A stretch of DNA of 64,000 bases from an uncultured Thermoleophilia bacterium (GTDB lineage: Bacteria; Actinomycetota; Thermoleophilia; UBA2241): positions 26,349-90,348 of the forward strand of contig CAWIDR010000008.1 of the NCBI GenBank assembly GCA_963834905.1, given 5' to 3'. The position numbers were made by a program, and so were the translations under genes. Below, piece by piece: positions 42,354 to 51,936 of the stretch (position 1 is its first letter; every line of letters begins with the position of its first letter). The notes beneath the pieces were generated by a model. It was given only the letters and a program-made list of their open reading frames with translations. It was not told the DNA's origin and did not search any database.

Positions 42354-44516
42354 TCAGGCCTTGAGCAGCCACCCCAGCTCGTGCCCGAACGCGTCGTCCA
42401 CGGCGTCCTTGAGCGGGCCGTTGGCAGGGCCGGCCAACCCGGGGTCCGCGGCGAGGACCTCGGCCGCCAGCTCACGCGCCCGCACCAGCGCCTCGCGGTC
42501 ACGCGCCAGGCGGGCGAGCTTGAGGTCCGGGACGCCCGCCTGCCGCGACCCCATCACCTGGCCTTCGCCGCGGATCTCGAGGTCCTTGTCGGCCAGCTCG
42601 AACCCGTCGTTGGTCTCGAGCAGCGCCTCCAGGCGCGCCTGGGAGCTGCCGGTCTCCGCGGTGGCGAACAGCAGGCAGTACGACTTGTCCTTGCCGCGCC
42701 CGACGCGACCGCGCAGCTGGTGCAGCTGGGCGAGGCCGAAGCGTTCCGCACCCTCCACGATCATCACCGTCGCGTTGGGTACGTCGATGCCGACCTCGAT
42801 CAGGCTGGTCGCCACGAGCACGTCGACGTCGCCCTTCTTGAAGGCGCGCATGACCTCGTCGCGGTCGGCAGACTTGAGCTGGCCGTGCGCCACCGCGACG
42901 CGCGAGTCGCGGAACGGTCCGGCCTGCAGCCGCTCGGCCTCCGCCACGGCGGTGGCGGCCAGGATGGAGTCCGACTCGTCGATGGCGGGGCAGACCACGT
43001 AGACCTGCCTGCCCCTGGCGATCTGCTTGCGCACGAAGTCGTAGCCCACCTCGCGCTTGTCCTCGTCGACCAGCCGCGTGACGACCGGCTGGCGGCCGGA
43101 CGGCACCCCGGCGATCGTGGTGACGTCGAGGTCGCCGAAGACGGTGAGGGCGAGCGTGCGCGGGATCGGCGTCGCCGTCATGTGCAGCACGTGCGGGGCG
43201 GCGCCGTCGCGCTCCGTCCGGTCGACGAGCGCGTCGCGCTGCTCCACGCCGAAGCGGTGCTGCTCGTCCACGACCAGCAGCGCGAGCTCGGCGAAGCGGA
43301 CGTCCTCCTGCAGGAGCGCGTGCGTGCCGATGGCGATGCGCGTCTCACCCGAGGCGATGCGCGCGAGCGCCTCGCGGCGCTCCCTGGCGGTCAGCGACGC
43401 GGTGACGAGCTCGGCCGGGGCCAGCGCGCCGACGAACCTGGCCGCGGTCTCGGCGTGCTGGGCGGCGAGGGTCTCGGTCGGCGCCAGGAGCACGCCCTGG
43501 AGCCCGGCCTCGGCGGCGCGCACCAGGCAGTACAGGGCGACGACCGTCTTGCCCGAGCCCACGTCGCCCTGCAGCAGCCGGCGCATCGGCGTCTCGCGAC
43601 GCAGGTCCGCCTCGAGCTCGTCGAGCGCCTCGAGCTGGTGCGCCGTCAGCTCGAACGGCAGGCCGTCGAGGAAGGCGCGGCTGAGCTCTCCCGGCGCGGA
43701 GAGCGCCGGCGCCTTGAAGCGCAGCTGGTGTTCCTGCTTGTGCAGCAGCAGTCCCAGCTGCATGAGCAGCAGTTCCTCGAGCACCAGACGCTCGCGGGCG
43801 GCCTTCGCCTCCGCGAGCGTGCGCGGCAGGTGCACGGCCGTGACCGCGTCGGCCCGGCCGGGCAGACCCTCTCGCACGAGCAGCCCGGACGGCAGGGGGT
43901 CAGGCAGCCGGCGCATCACCGGCGCCACCGCGTGCACGAGCCCGCGCAGGAGCTTGGCGGAGACCTGTTCGCTGGCCGGGTAGACGGGGACGACGCCCTC
44001 CGTGTGCACGCCCTCCCCGTCCTCCTCGTCGAGGATCTCGTGCCCCTTGACCACGAACGACTGGCGTCCGCCCTGAGGACGGAACGTCCCGCGCAGGCTG
44101 AGCCGCATGCCCTCCTGGAGCACCCGGGTCAGGTACCGCTGGTTGAACCACACCGCTTCGACCGCGCCCGTGTCGTCGCGGACCAGCACGCGGACGACGT
44201 CGACCCTCCGCCGCGCGGTGCGGTCGGCGCTGACGCGCACGACCTCGCCGCGGATGGTCGCCTCCTCCCCGACCTTCAGGTCGCGGATCTGCTTGCGGTC
44301 GCGAAAATCCTCGTAGCGACGCGGGAAGTGCTCGATGAGGTCGCCGACGGTCTCGAGGCCGAAGGTGGCCAGGCGACGGGCGACCGGGGTCGTCACGTGC
44401 TCGAGATCGGCGAGCGGGCGGGCGAGGACGGCCGGGTCGAAGGAGAGGCGCGTGACCGGCGGCCGTTCGTCGTACCGACCGCCGCCGAAGCGATGCGGGA
44501 GTGGCTGCCCGGTCAC
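42354..44516 (-). CDS. recG: ATP-dependent DNA helicase RecG
   Basis: Intact 720-aa ORF with a wedge domain. Motifs: LLQGDVGSGKTVVA (Walker A), VVDEQHRFG (DEQH), and the helicase C motifs QLRGRVGRG. Confidence 0.95.
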   Translation of the reverse strand: MTGQPLPHRFGGGRYDERPPVTRLSFDPAVLARPLADLEHVTTPVARRLATFGLETVGDLIEHFPRRYEDFRDRKQIRDLKVGEEATIRGEVVRVSADRTARRRVDVVRVLVRDDTGAVEAVWFNQRYLTRVLQEGMRLSLRGTFRPQGGRQSFVVKGHEILDEEDGEGVHTEGVVPVYPASEQVSAKLLRGLVHAVAPVMRRLPDPLPSGLLVREGLPGRADAVTAVHLPRTLAEAKAARERLVLEELLLMQLGLLLHKQEHQLRFKAPALSAPGELSRAFLDGLPFELTAHQLEALDELEADLRRETPMRRLLQGDVGSGKTVVALYCLVRAAEAGLQGVLLAPTETLAAQHAETAARFVGALAPAELVTASLTARERREALARIASGETRIAIGTHALLQEDVRFAELALLVVDEQHRFGVEQRDALVDRTERDGAAPHVLHMTATPIPRTLALTVFGDLDVTTIAGVPSGRQPVVTRLVDEDKREVGYDFVRKQIARGRQVYVVCPAIDESDSILAATAVAEAERLQAGPFRDSRVAVAHGQLKSADRDEVMRAFKKGDVDVLVATSLIEVGIDVPNATVMIVEGAERFGLAQLHQLRGRVGRGKDKSYCLLFATAETGSSQARLEALLETNDGFELADKDLEIRGEGQVMGSRQAGVPDLKLARLARDREALVRARELAAEVLAADPGLAGPANGPLKDAVDDAFGHELGWLLKA

Positions 44517-45388
44517 TCCACGATCATAGCAAACGCGGCCGTGCCGGGGCCGATGTGCGTGCCGACGACCGCCGCGACGTGCCCCTGGAAGGTGTAGTGG
44601 GCGTTGGGGCGGATGCGCTCGATCATCTCGCGGATGAGCGGCGGCTCCTCGTCGTTCACGGCGTCGATGAGACAGAAGTAGAGCTCGTCGTCGGGCTCGC
44701 TGCGCTCCTCGACGAAGCGCTGGATCGCGGCCATGGCCTTCTTGAGCCCGCGCACCTTGGCGTAGCCGGTGAGCGTGCCGTCTTCAGCCATGATGAGCGG
44801 CTTGATGTCGAAGACGCCGCCGACCAGCGAGGCGGCTCTGCCGATGCGGCCGCCGCGACGCAGGTACTCCAGGGTCGCGGCGTGGACGAGCAGGTTCGAG
44901 TTGTCACGGAAGTACTCGACGTAGGTACGCGCCTCCTCGAGCGTGCAGCCCTGGGCGAGCCGCGCGCGCAGCCGCTCGGCGCCGAGCGACAACGCCGTCG
45001 TGACCGTGCGCAGGTCGTAGACGTACACGTTGTCGAACTGCTCGGCCGCCTGCTCGGCCGCGCGCACCGTGCCGCTCATGTCGCCGGAGAGGTGCAGGGA
45101 GAAGACGTGCTCGTAGTGCTTGCGCGCCTCTTCGTAGGTGGCGACGAACTCGCCGGCGGTCGGCTGCGAGGTGGTCGGCAGGATCTCCGACTGCTCGAGC
45201 TTCGCGAAGAACTCCTTGTAGGTCATGTCGATGCCGTCGCGGAACATCTGGTCGCCGAAGTGGACCTTGAGCGGGACCATGTAGAGGCCGGGCTGATCCA
45301 GCCAGCCATCCGCGGGGTCGCAGGTGGAGTCGAGGACGATCGCGGTGTTCTCGAGGGTCAGGAGGTCGGTCCTGCCGGCCCTGTTCAT
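44513..45388 (-). CDS. fakB: DegV family fatty-acid-binding protein (FakB-like)
   Basis: ATG 45388 overlaps the upstream stop (ATGA). The sequence reads ...AIVLDSTCD...TTSQPTAGEF...HLSGDMSGTVRAAEQAA...RGGRIG. The gene is intact. Confidence 0.82.
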   Translation of the reverse strand: MNRAGRTDLLTLENTAIVLDSTCDPADGWLDQPGLYMVPLKVHFGDQMFRDGIDMTYKEFFAKLEQSEILPTTSQPTAGEFVATYEEARKHYEHVFSLHLSGDMSGTVRAAEQAAEQFDNVYVYDLRTVTTALSLGAERLRARLAQGCTLEEARTYVEYFRDNSNLLVHAATLEYLRRGGRIGRAASLVGGVFDIKPLIMAEDGTLTGYAKVRGLKKAMAAIQRFVEERSEPDDELYFCLIDAVNDEEPPLIREMIERIRPNAHYTFQGHVAAVVGTHIGPGTAAFAMIVE

Positions 45389-47046
45389 TCTGCGCTCGCA
45401 AGGATCGGGTAGAGCGGCTGCCCGCCCTCGTGGAAGCTGACTTCGGCGTCGGGCACGATGCGCGCGGCCAGCTCTTCGAGCTGCTCGCGCGTCGTGCCCC
45501 ACCCGTTGAGCGCCGTGAGTACCGTGACGTACTCGGCGCCGCCGCGGGCGAACTCCTCGAGCACGCCGCCGAAGGCGCTCCCGATGTCGTCGCTCGCCGC
45601 CACCAGGCGGCCGTCGACGATGGCCATGGCCTGGCCCTGCTTGACCTCGAGCCCGTCCAGCTCCGAGTCGCGCACGGCGTGCGTGACCTCCGCGTAGCGC
45701 ACGTCCACGATGGCGTCCTGCATGAGGCGGGCGTTGCCCACCGCGTCCTCGGCGGGATCGAACGCGACCATGGCGGCGAGCCCGCTGGGGATGGAGCGTG
45801 ACGGGACGACGGCGATGTTGAGAGAGCTCATCCCCGCGGCCTGCTCGGCGGTCAGGATGACGTTGCCGTTGTTGGGCAGGATGACGACTTCTTCGACGCC
45901 GAGCTCCTGCACCGCGTCGAGCAGCTGGGCCGCGCTCGGGTTCATGGACTGGCCGCCGTCGACGATCGCGTGGCAGCCGAGCTCGCGGAAGAGCTGCTGG
46001 TTGCCGGCGCCGGCCACGACGGCCACGACGACGGCGCCGCCCTCCCCCACTTCCGGCGCCGACGCGAGCCGCTCGTCGCGCTCTCGCGTCTGCGCGTGCA
46101 TGTCGTTGATCTCGATGTCGCCGATGGCGCCGTGCTTGAGCGCCTCCGTGAGCACGACTCCGGGGTCGTTGACGTGGACGTGCACCTTGACGGTGCGCTC
46201 GTCGCCGACCACCAGGGCGCTGTCCCCGATGGGAAGCAGGAAGTCCTCGAACGCCTCCCGGTCGATGGCGTCGCCGCTGATGAGGAAGCTCGTGCAGTAG
46301 CGATACTCGGAGAGCTCGCTCGGCTCCTCGACGGTGACCGCGCGCCGCGCCTCCGACCTCCTGCCGCCGACGGCGCGGGCGGTCGCCTGCGCGGCGGCTC
46401 GAGCGGCGAGGCGGGCGCCGGCGACGAGCTTGCCGCCGCGCATGAGGTCCTCGATGCCGTCGGAGAGGCCGCGGAACAGCACGAGGAGCCCGTAGCCGCC
46501 GGCGTCGACGACGCCGGCCTTCTGCAGGGCCGGCAGCTGCGCGGTCGTGTTGTCGACCGCGATCCTGCCGGCCTCCTCGACCGCCGCCAGCAGATGCTCG
46601 AGGCCCAGGCTGTCGGGGACCGCCTGGGCCGCCGTCGCCATCTCGCGGATGACGGTGAGCATCGTCCCCTCGACGGGCGTCTTCACGGCGCGGTAGGCGG
46701 CCTGCTGGCCCTCCAGGACGGCCCGCTTGAACACCGCCGTGTCCAGCGAGTTGGCCTGCCCCCACACGTCGCAGATGCCGCGCACGATCTGGGAGAGGAT
46801 GACTCCGGAGTTGCCGCGCGCGCCCATGAGCGAGCCCTTGGTGACGGCGGCGGCCACGGACGGGATGTCCGTGACGTCGCTCTGCTCGAGCTCCTCGACC
46901 ACCGCGCGCACGGTGAGCGCCATGTTCGTGCCCGTGTCGCCGTCCGGGACCGGGTACACGTTGAGGTCGTTGATGAACTGGCGCTCGGCCTCGACGGCGT
47001 TGAGCGCGGACTGGATGACTCCGACGGCGGCGGTCCGGACGATCAA
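45385..47046 (-). CDS. fakA: DAK2-domain protein of the YloV / fatty acid kinase FakA family
   Basis: Intact 553-aa ORF with a TTG start overlapping the asp23 stop. Motifs: NDLNVYPVPDGDTGTNM...GARGNSGVILSQ. Confidence 0.85.
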   Translation of the reverse strand: MIVRTAAVGVIQSALNAVEAERQFINDLNVYPVPDGDTGTNMALTVRAVVEELEQSDVTDIPSVAAAVTKGSLMGARGNSGVILSQIVRGICDVWGQANSLDTAVFKRAVLEGQQAAYRAVKTPVEGTMLTVIREMATAAQAVPDSLGLEHLLAAVEEAGRIAVDNTTAQLPALQKAGVVDAGGYGLLVLFRGLSDGIEDLMRGGKLVAGARLAARAAAQATARAVGGRRSEARRAVTVEEPSELSEYRYCTSFLISGDAIDREAFEDFLLPIGDSALVVGDERTVKVHVHVNDPGVVLTEALKHGAIGDIEINDMHAQTRERDERLASAPEVGEGGAVVVAVVAGAGNQQLFRELGCHAIVDGGQSMNPSAAQLLDAVQELGVEEVVILPNNGNVILTAEQAAGMSSLNIAVVPSRSIPSGLAAMVAFDPAEDAVGNARLMQDAIVDVRYAEVTHAVRDSELDGLEVKQGQAMAIVDGRLVAASDDIGSAFGGVLEEFARGGAEYVTVLTALNGWGTTREQLEELAARIVPDAEVSFHEGGQPLYPILASAE

Positions 47047-47408
47047 TCCTGAAGGTCCTCGACGCGCACGCTGATCTCGCCCACGGGAACGCCGCCGACG
47101 CCCTGCACCTGATAGCGGACCTGCTCCCTGAGGTTGGCGGTCACCTGGGCGATGTTGACCCCGCGCTCCATGATGACGTGCAGCCCGATGTCGACACTGC
47201 CCTCGCCGACGTCGAGCTCGACACCCTCGCTCATCGAGCCGCGGAAGAACCGCCCGAGCTTCTTCATGGGCGGCTCCTGCATGGCGACGACGCCGTAGGT
47301 GGCCCTCGCCGCCTTGCCGGCGAGCTTGGCGATGACCTCGTGGGCGATGGTCACGCCGCCGATGAGGTCCTGCCCGCGGAACGGGATCCTGAGGTCAGGC
47401 TGCGACAT
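47043..47408 (-). CDS. Asp23/Gls24 family envelope stress protein
   Basis: ATG 47408 has a GGAGG SD. The sequence is MSQPDLRIPFRGQDLIGGVTIAHEVIAKLAGKAARATYGVVAM...VDIGLHVIMERGVNIAQVTANLREQVRYQV. It sits upstream of fakA, as in Firmicutes yloU-yloV. Confidence 0.85.
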   Translation of the reverse strand: MSQPDLRIPFRGQDLIGGVTIAHEVIAKLAGKAARATYGVVAMQEPPMKKLGRFFRGSMSEGVELDVGEGSVDIGLHVIMERGVNIAQVTANLREQVRYQVQGVGGVPVGEISVRVEDLQD

Positions 47409-47418
47409 GGGGCCTCCG

Positions 47419-47622
47419 TCAGCTCTCGTCGCCGGGCAGCTGGTTGAGCTCGGCCACCACGGCGTCCGGATCGACCTGGTGCAGGATGGCGCCGGCCTCG
47501 ATGGTCTCCGACTGGGCGCCGATGCAGAGACAGCAGGCCATCCCGTGGCCCTCGAACACGTCCCGCGCACCCGGATCGGCCTCGAGGGCCGCGAAGATCG
47601 ACATGTCCTTGGTGAACCGCAT
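47419..47622 (-). CDS. DUF1858-like small protein
   Basis: Intact 67-aa ORF: MRFTKDMSIFAALEADPGARDVFEGHGMACCLCIGAQSETIEAGAILHQVDPDAVVAELN. The family assignment was made by eye only. Confidence 0.6.
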   Translation of the reverse strand: MRFTKDMSIFAALEADPGARDVFEGHGMACCLCIGAQSETIEAGAILHQVDPDAVVAELNQLPGDES

Positions 47623-47675
47623 AGACCACGCCTCGTGAGAGTGGATGCAGGCTGGCAGGCCGCCCGCGCTCCCGT

Positions 47676-47704
47676 TTGCGTTCCCCGACCGGCTGAAGGA
47701 TACT
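47676..47704 (+). promoter_or_regulatory. candidate rpmB promoter
   Basis: TTGCGT (47676..47681) is followed by a 17-nt spacer and GATACT (47699..47704), ~38 nt upstream of the rpmB ATG. The rpmB SD is GAGGGAA. Confidence 0.45.
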
Positions 47705-47741
47705 AGCGCGACCGTTCACCAATCAAGTTGAGGGAACACCC

Positions 47742-47933
47742 ATGTCCAAGATCTGTGTGACCTGCGGCAAGACTCCCGCGATCGGCAACAACGTGAGCCA
47801 TTCGCATCGCCACACGAAGCGCCGCTTTGACCCGAACCTGCAGCGCGTCCGCATCGTCGTCGACGGACACCCGCAGAACGCCTACGTCTGCACCCGCTGC
47901 CTCAAGTCCGGCCGGGTCACCAAGGCTGTCTGA
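47742..47933 (+). CDS. rpmB: 50S ribosomal protein L28
   Basis: Intact 63-aa ORF: [59 protein letters not shown]. Confidence 0.95.
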   Translation: MSKICVTCGKTPAIGNNVSHSHRHTKRRFDPNLQRVRIVVDGHPQNAYVCTRCLKSGRVTKAV

Positions 47934-47967
47934 GGCGTAGCCGGGAGACCGGCGCCCTGCGTTACCG

Positions 47968-47993
47968 AAGCCCCGCCCACAGCGGGGCTTTTG
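47968..47993 (+). terminator. intrinsic terminator of rpmB
   Basis: aagccccgc-ccaca-gcggggctt followed by ttg. This is a 9-bp GC-rich stem with a short T run, 35 nt after the rpmB stop. Confidence 0.75.
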
Positions 47994-48034
47994 CGTGGGG
48001 GCCACGGCCGGGAAGACGACGCCGGGAGGACCCG

Positions 48035-48133
48035 ATGCAGCACCACATCGTCGCGTGGCTCTTCGTGCTGGCGGTGGCGATCGCCATCGTGGCCGTGGCG
48101 ATCGTCGCCTTCATGGACGCGCGCCGCAAGTAG
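48035..48133 (+). CDS. candidate 32-aa hydrophobic peptide (single predicted TM helix, basic C-terminus)
   Basis: A GGGAGGA SD lies 5 nt upstream of ATG 48035. Hand translation: MQHHIVAWLFVLAVAIAIVAVAIVAFMDARRK-TAG. The ORF is too short for the track, and coding status is unproven. Confidence 0.35.
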   Translation: MQHHIVAWLFVLAVAIAIVAVAIVAFMDARRK

Positions 48134-48143
48134 CGAGCCGGTC

Positions 48144-48184
48144 GGCGCCGGGAGACGCGGGCTGCGCCCGCCCCGCCCGGCGCC
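48144..48184. terminator. compound GC hairpin between the convergent small ORF and ribH
   Basis: The outer stem is ggcgccggg...cccggcgcc (9 bp). It encloses an inner gcgggc-tgc-gcccgc hairpin. There is no clear U-tract on either strand. Confidence 0.4.
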
Positions 48185-48193
48185 GATCGCCCG

Positions 48194-48658
48194 TCAGGGC
48201 AGCGACTTGGCCAGGTTGGCCATCTCCAGCGCGGTCGCCGCAGCCGACCAGCCCTTGTTGCCGGCCTTGGTGCCCGCGCGCTCGATGGCCTGCTCGATCG
48301 TGTCGGTGGTGAGCACCCCGAACACGACGGGGACGCCGGTGTCGAGGCTGATCCTGGCGATGCCCTTGGCGGCCTCGCCGGCCACGTAGTCGAAGTGCGG
48401 CGTGCTGCCACGGATGACCGCGCCGAGGCAGATCACCGCGTCGTACTTGCCGCTCTCGGCCAGCTTCTTGGCCACCAGCGGCATCTCGAACGCACCCGGT
48501 ACCCAGGCGGCGTCCACGTCGCCGTCGGCGACGTCGTGGCGGCGCAGGCAGTCGACGGCGCCTTCGTAGAGCCGGCCGGAGATGAGCTCGTTGAAGCGCC
48601 CCACCACGAGGCCGAACTTCAGCCCTTTGCCGTTCAGTTTGCCTTCGTAGGTCGTCAT
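48194..48658 (-). CDS. ribH: 6,7-dimethyl-8-ribityllumazine synthase
   Basis: Intact 154-aa ORF. Motifs: ...[14 protein letters not shown]...WVPGAFEMP...[18 protein letters not shown]. Confidence 0.95.
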   Translation of the reverse strand: MTTYEGKLNGKGLKFGLVVGRFNELISGRLYEGAVDCLRRHDVADGDVDAAWVPGAFEMPLVAKKLAESGKYDAVICLGAVIRGSTPHFDYVAGEAAKGIARISLDTGVPVVFGVLTTDTIEQAIERAGTKAGNKGWSAAATALEMANLAKSLP

Positions 48659-48727
48659 TGTTCGGCTCCTTCTGGTCGATGAGGGGTGCCCCTCCGGCGC
48701 ACCCCTCGGGTAGTCCCGCTACGCTGA

Positions 48728-50017
48728 CTATCCTTCGAGGCCTTCGTCCTGCCCGAAGAGGTCCTCGTGCTCGAGCATGTGGCCCATCTTGTCGCGCTTG
48801 GTGCGCAGGTAGCACATGTTGTCCTCCTGCGGCGCGACCTCGATCTGCTCGCGGCCGGTGACGCGCAGGCCGTAGCCCTCCAGCGCGACGATCTTCTTGG
48901 GGTTGTTGGTCATGATGCGGATGGTGGAGAGGCCGAGGTCGGCGAGGATCTGCGCGCCGGTGCCGTAGTCGCGCAGGTCCGGCGCGAAGCCGAGTTCCAC
49001 GTTGGCCTCGACGGTGTCGAAGCCCTGCTCCTGCAGCGCATAGGCCTTGAGCTTGTTGATGAGGCCGATGCCGCGGCCCTCCTGGCGCATGTACAGCACC
49101 ACGCCGAGGCCCTCGGCCTCGATGCGCCGCATCGCCTCCGCCAGCTGCTCGCCGCAGTCGCAGCGCAGTGAGCCGAACGTGTCGCCGGTGAGGCACTCGG
49201 AGTGCACGCGCACCAGCACGTCCTTCTTGCCGGCGACGTCGCCCTTGACGATGGCGATGTGGTGGCTGCCGTCGAGGACGGACTCGTAGCCGATGGCCTT
49301 GAAGTCGCCGTACTTGGTGGGCATCGCGACCGTCGCGGCACGGCGGACCAGGTGCTCGTTGCGGCGGCGGTACTTGATGAGGTCGGCGACGGTGATGATC
49401 TTCAGCCCGTGCTTGTGCGCGTAGGGGACGAGGTCGGGCACGCGCGCCATGGTGCCGTCGTCGTTCATGATCTCGCAGATGACGCCGGCCGGATTGAGGC
49501 GGGCGAGCCGGGAGAGGTCGACGGCCGCCTCCGTCTGACCGGAGCGCTCGAGCACGCCGCCCGGCCGGGCCATGAGCGGGAACACGTGGCCCGGCTGCAC
49601 GAGGTCGGCGGGGCCGGACTCGGGATCGATGGCGACCTGGATCGTGTGCGCCCTGTCGGCGGCGGAGATGCCGGTGGTCACGCCCTCGCGCGCCTCCACG
49701 GACACGGTGAAGGCGGTCTGCAGGCGCGCCTCGTTGTGGTTGGTCATCGGCGGCAGGTCGAGCTCCGAGCACCGCTGCGGCGTGAGCGCCAGGCAGATGA
49801 GCCCGCGCCCTTCCTTGGCCATGAAGTTGATGTTCTCCGCCGTGGCGAACTGGGCGGCCATCGTGAGGTCGCCTTCGTTCTCCCGGTCTTCGTCGTCGCA
49901 GACGATCACCATGCGACCTTCGCGCAGATCGTCTATGGCTTCGTCGATGGTCGAGAAGGGCTCGCGCGGCGCTGCATCCGCATCGCCGGTCGTGTCATCG
50001 TGGTGGTCCACCGTCAT
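48728..50017 (-). CDS. ribBA: bifunctional 3,4-dihydroxy-2-butanone-4-phosphate synthase / GTP cyclohydrolase II
   Basis: ATG 50017 opens the gene. Motifs: ...[16 protein letters not shown]...GHVFPL...[24 protein letters not shown]...[10 protein letters not shown]. The gene is intact. Confidence 0.95.
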   Translation of the reverse strand: MTVDHHDDTTGDADAAPREPFSTIDEAIDDLREGRMVIVCDDEDRENEGDLTMAAQFATAENINFMAKEGRGLICLALTPQRCSELDLPPMTNHNEARLQTAFTVSVEAREGVTTGISAADRAHTIQVAIDPESGPADLVQPGHVFPLMARPGGVLERSGQTEAAVDLSRLARLNPAGVICEIMNDDGTMARVPDLVPYAHKHGLKIITVADLIKYRRRNEHLVRRAATVAMPTKYGDFKAIGYESVLDGSHHIAIVKGDVAGKKDVLVRVHSECLTGDTFGSLRCDCGEQLAEAMRRIEAEGLGVVLYMRQEGRGIGLINKLKAYALQEQGFDTVEANVELGFAPDLRDYGTGAQILADLGLSTIRIMTNNPKKIVALEGYGLRVTGREQIEVAPQEDNMCYLRTKRDKMGHMLEHEDLFGQDEGLEG

Positions 50018-50656
50018 CAGAACCCCGCTTCCGCTAGCTTCTCCCAGGTAAGTCCGGCGCCGGGCTTCCGCCCGGCGACGAACGCATAGACGTATTTCGC
50101 GATCACGTCGGCCTCGAGGTTGACCCGCGAGCCCGTGGTGAGCCGTCCCCAGCGTCGTGACCGCCGCGGTGTGCGGGATCAGGGACACGCGGATGCGGTC
50201 GCCGGCGACGGCGACCACCGTGAGACTCACGCCGTCCAGGGCGATAGACCCCTGGTCGACGGTCACACGGGACACCGCTTCCGGCGCCTCGATCTCCAGC
50301 ACGACGGCGTTGTCCTCGGGCGTGACCGACTTGACCGTACCGACGCCGTCGATGTGGCCGCTGACGAGGTGCCCTCCGAGACGCGAGCTCAGCGTCATCG
50401 CCCGCTCGAGGTTGAGACGGTCCCCGGGCCGGCGCTCGGACAGCGTGGTGCGGCGGACGGTCTCCGGCATGGCGTCCGCGGTGAACCCGTCCGCACGCAG
50501 GGACGTGACGGTGAGGCAGACGCCGTCTGTCAGGATGCTGTCGCCGACGGCGGCGTCACCGGTGATGGCGCTCGCGGCGATGTCGAGCGCGACGCTCGCC
50601 GCGCCCGGCCGCACGCCGCGCAGGGTGCCGACTTCTTCCACGATGCCGGTGAACAC
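50017..50656 (-). CDS. ribE: riboflavin synthase, frame broken once as sequenced
   Basis: GTG 50656 opens [12 protein letters not shown]...DGVCLTVT...[13 protein letters not shown]...DGVSLTV...[11 protein letters not shown]. After the junction the sequence is [22 protein letters not shown]...LAEAGF-TGA 50019..50017. The junction is at ~50146 and is insertion-type. Confidence 0.88.
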
Positions 50657-50658
50657 CG

Positions 50659-51747
50659 TCAGCCTCCCTTGGGCACGATGGTGCCGCTGAGCAGCAGGTC
50701 GTCGCAGACCGGCCGCCAGGTGACGTCCTGCAGCCGCCAGGCGCCGTCGACCGCCGTCACGGCCGGCGCCGCGAACAGGTCGGGCGCGCCGCGCCCGACG
50801 ATGAGCGGCGCCACGAACAGCAGCACGCGGTCGATGTGGCCGGCGGCGAGCAGCTCGCCGGCGAGCGTGGGGCCTCCCTCGCACAGGATGTCGAGGAGTC
50901 CCAGCCCGGCGAGCGCCTCGAGGGCGGCCGTCAGGCCGCCCGTCCCTACCTCGAGCAGTTCGGCGCCACGCGCCTGCAGGAGCCGGCGCGTGGCGTCCGT
51001 GGCCTGGTCGGCGACGACGATGGTGCGCGCATGCCGCGCCGTCGCCAGGACCTTGGCGTCCGGCGGGAGGGCGCCGTCGTGCGTGACCACCACGCGCACC
51101 GGGTCTCGGCCGTCGGCCAGCCGCACGGTGAGCTCGGGGTCGTCCCGGCGCACCGTGCCGGCGCCGACCATCACGGCGTCGACGCGCGAGCGCAACTCGT
51201 GCACGGCTCGCCGGCTGTCGAGGCAGCTGATCCAGCGGGCGTCGCCGCCGGCCGCCGCCACCTTGCCGTCGAGGGTGATCGCCGCCTTGTACGTCACCAG
51301 CGGCAGGCCGGTGCGGTGGAACTTGATGAACGGCGCGTTCTGCTCGCGCGCGCGCGCCGCCCACGTCTCCCCCGCCATCTCCACGGTCACGCCGCCCTCG
51401 CGCAGCTTGCGCAGCCCGCGGCCGTCGACCTGGGGGTTGGGATCTCCGAGCGCGACGACCGCCTTGGCCACGCCGGCCGCCACCAGCGCGTCGGCGCAGG
51501 GTGGGGTCTTGCCCTGGTGGCTGCACGGCTCGAGGGTGCAGTAGAGCGTGGCGCCCCGGGCGCGCTCACCGGCCTCGGCGAGCGCGTTGGCCTCGGCATG
51601 CGGCTCGCCGGGGGCGAGGTGCCAGCCGCGGCCGACGACCTCTCCGTCCTTGACGAGCACCGCTCCGACCAGCGGGTTGGGGTGCGTGCTGCCGTGGCCC
51701 CGCTCGGCCAGGGCGAACGCCTCTTCCATGTACTGTCCGTCGTCCAT
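50659..51747 (-). CDS. ribD: bifunctional diaminohydroxyphosphoribosylaminopyrimidine deaminase / 5-amino-6-(5-phosphoribosylamino)uracil reductase
   Basis: The probable start is ATG 51747 (MDDGQYMEEAFALAERG.GSTHPNPLVGAV). Further motifs are ...HAEANAL...LEPCSHQGKTPPC. The gene is intact. Confidence 0.93.
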   Translation of the reverse strand: MDDGQYMEEAFALAERGHGSTHPNPLVGAVLVKDGEVVGRGWHLAPGEPHAEANALAEAGERARGATLYCTLEPCSHQGKTPPCADALVAAGVAKAVVALGDPNPQVDGRGLRKLREGGVTVEMAGETWAARAREQNAPFIKFHRTGLPLVTYKAAITLDGKVAAAGGDARWISCLDSRRAVHELRSRVDAVMVGAGTVRRDDPELTVRLADGRDPVRVVVTHDGALPPDAKVLATARHARTIVVADQATDATRRLLQARGAELLEVGTGGLTAALEALAGLGLLDILCEGGPTLAGELLAAGHIDRVLLFVAPLIVGRGAPDLFAAPAVTAVDGAWRLQDVTWRPVCDDLLLSGTIVPKGG

Positions 51748-51750
51748 ATG

Positions 51751-51915
51751 CAAAACGCCCCGAAGCATGCGCTTCAGGGCGGACGGCGACGAGACGCCGA
51801 ACCTGCTTCTCTCATCCGGACTCTGACCGTCGGCCCAGGAATCTCACCTGGTCGGCCCCTCTCGGGGTTCGCGGGCTTTACCGCCGGTGGGGACTTTCAC
51901 CCCGCCCTGAAGCAG
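51751..51915 (-). promoter_or_regulatory. FMN riboswitch (RFN element) with terminator-type expression platform
   Basis: The minus-strand RNA is cugcuucAGGGCGGGGUGAAAGUCCCCACCGGCGGUAAAGCCCGCGAACCCCGAGAGGGGCCGACCAGGUGAGAUUCCUGGGCCGACGGUCAGAGUCCGGAUGAGAgaagcag. The P1 stem is cugcuuc/gaagcag. It is followed by the hairpin gcccugaagc-gcau-gcuucggggc plus guuuug immediately before the ribD AUG. Confidence 0.9.
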
Positions 51916-51936
51916 TGAGTGGTCTGACGCTGAGGA

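Noticed and set aside
48060-48100. A gtggcgatcg direct repeat and a GCGATCGC (HIP1-like) palindrome.
   Set aside because: It lies inside the hydrophobic small ORF and is explained by repeated VAIA codons. It is a single occurrence, not a dispersed element.
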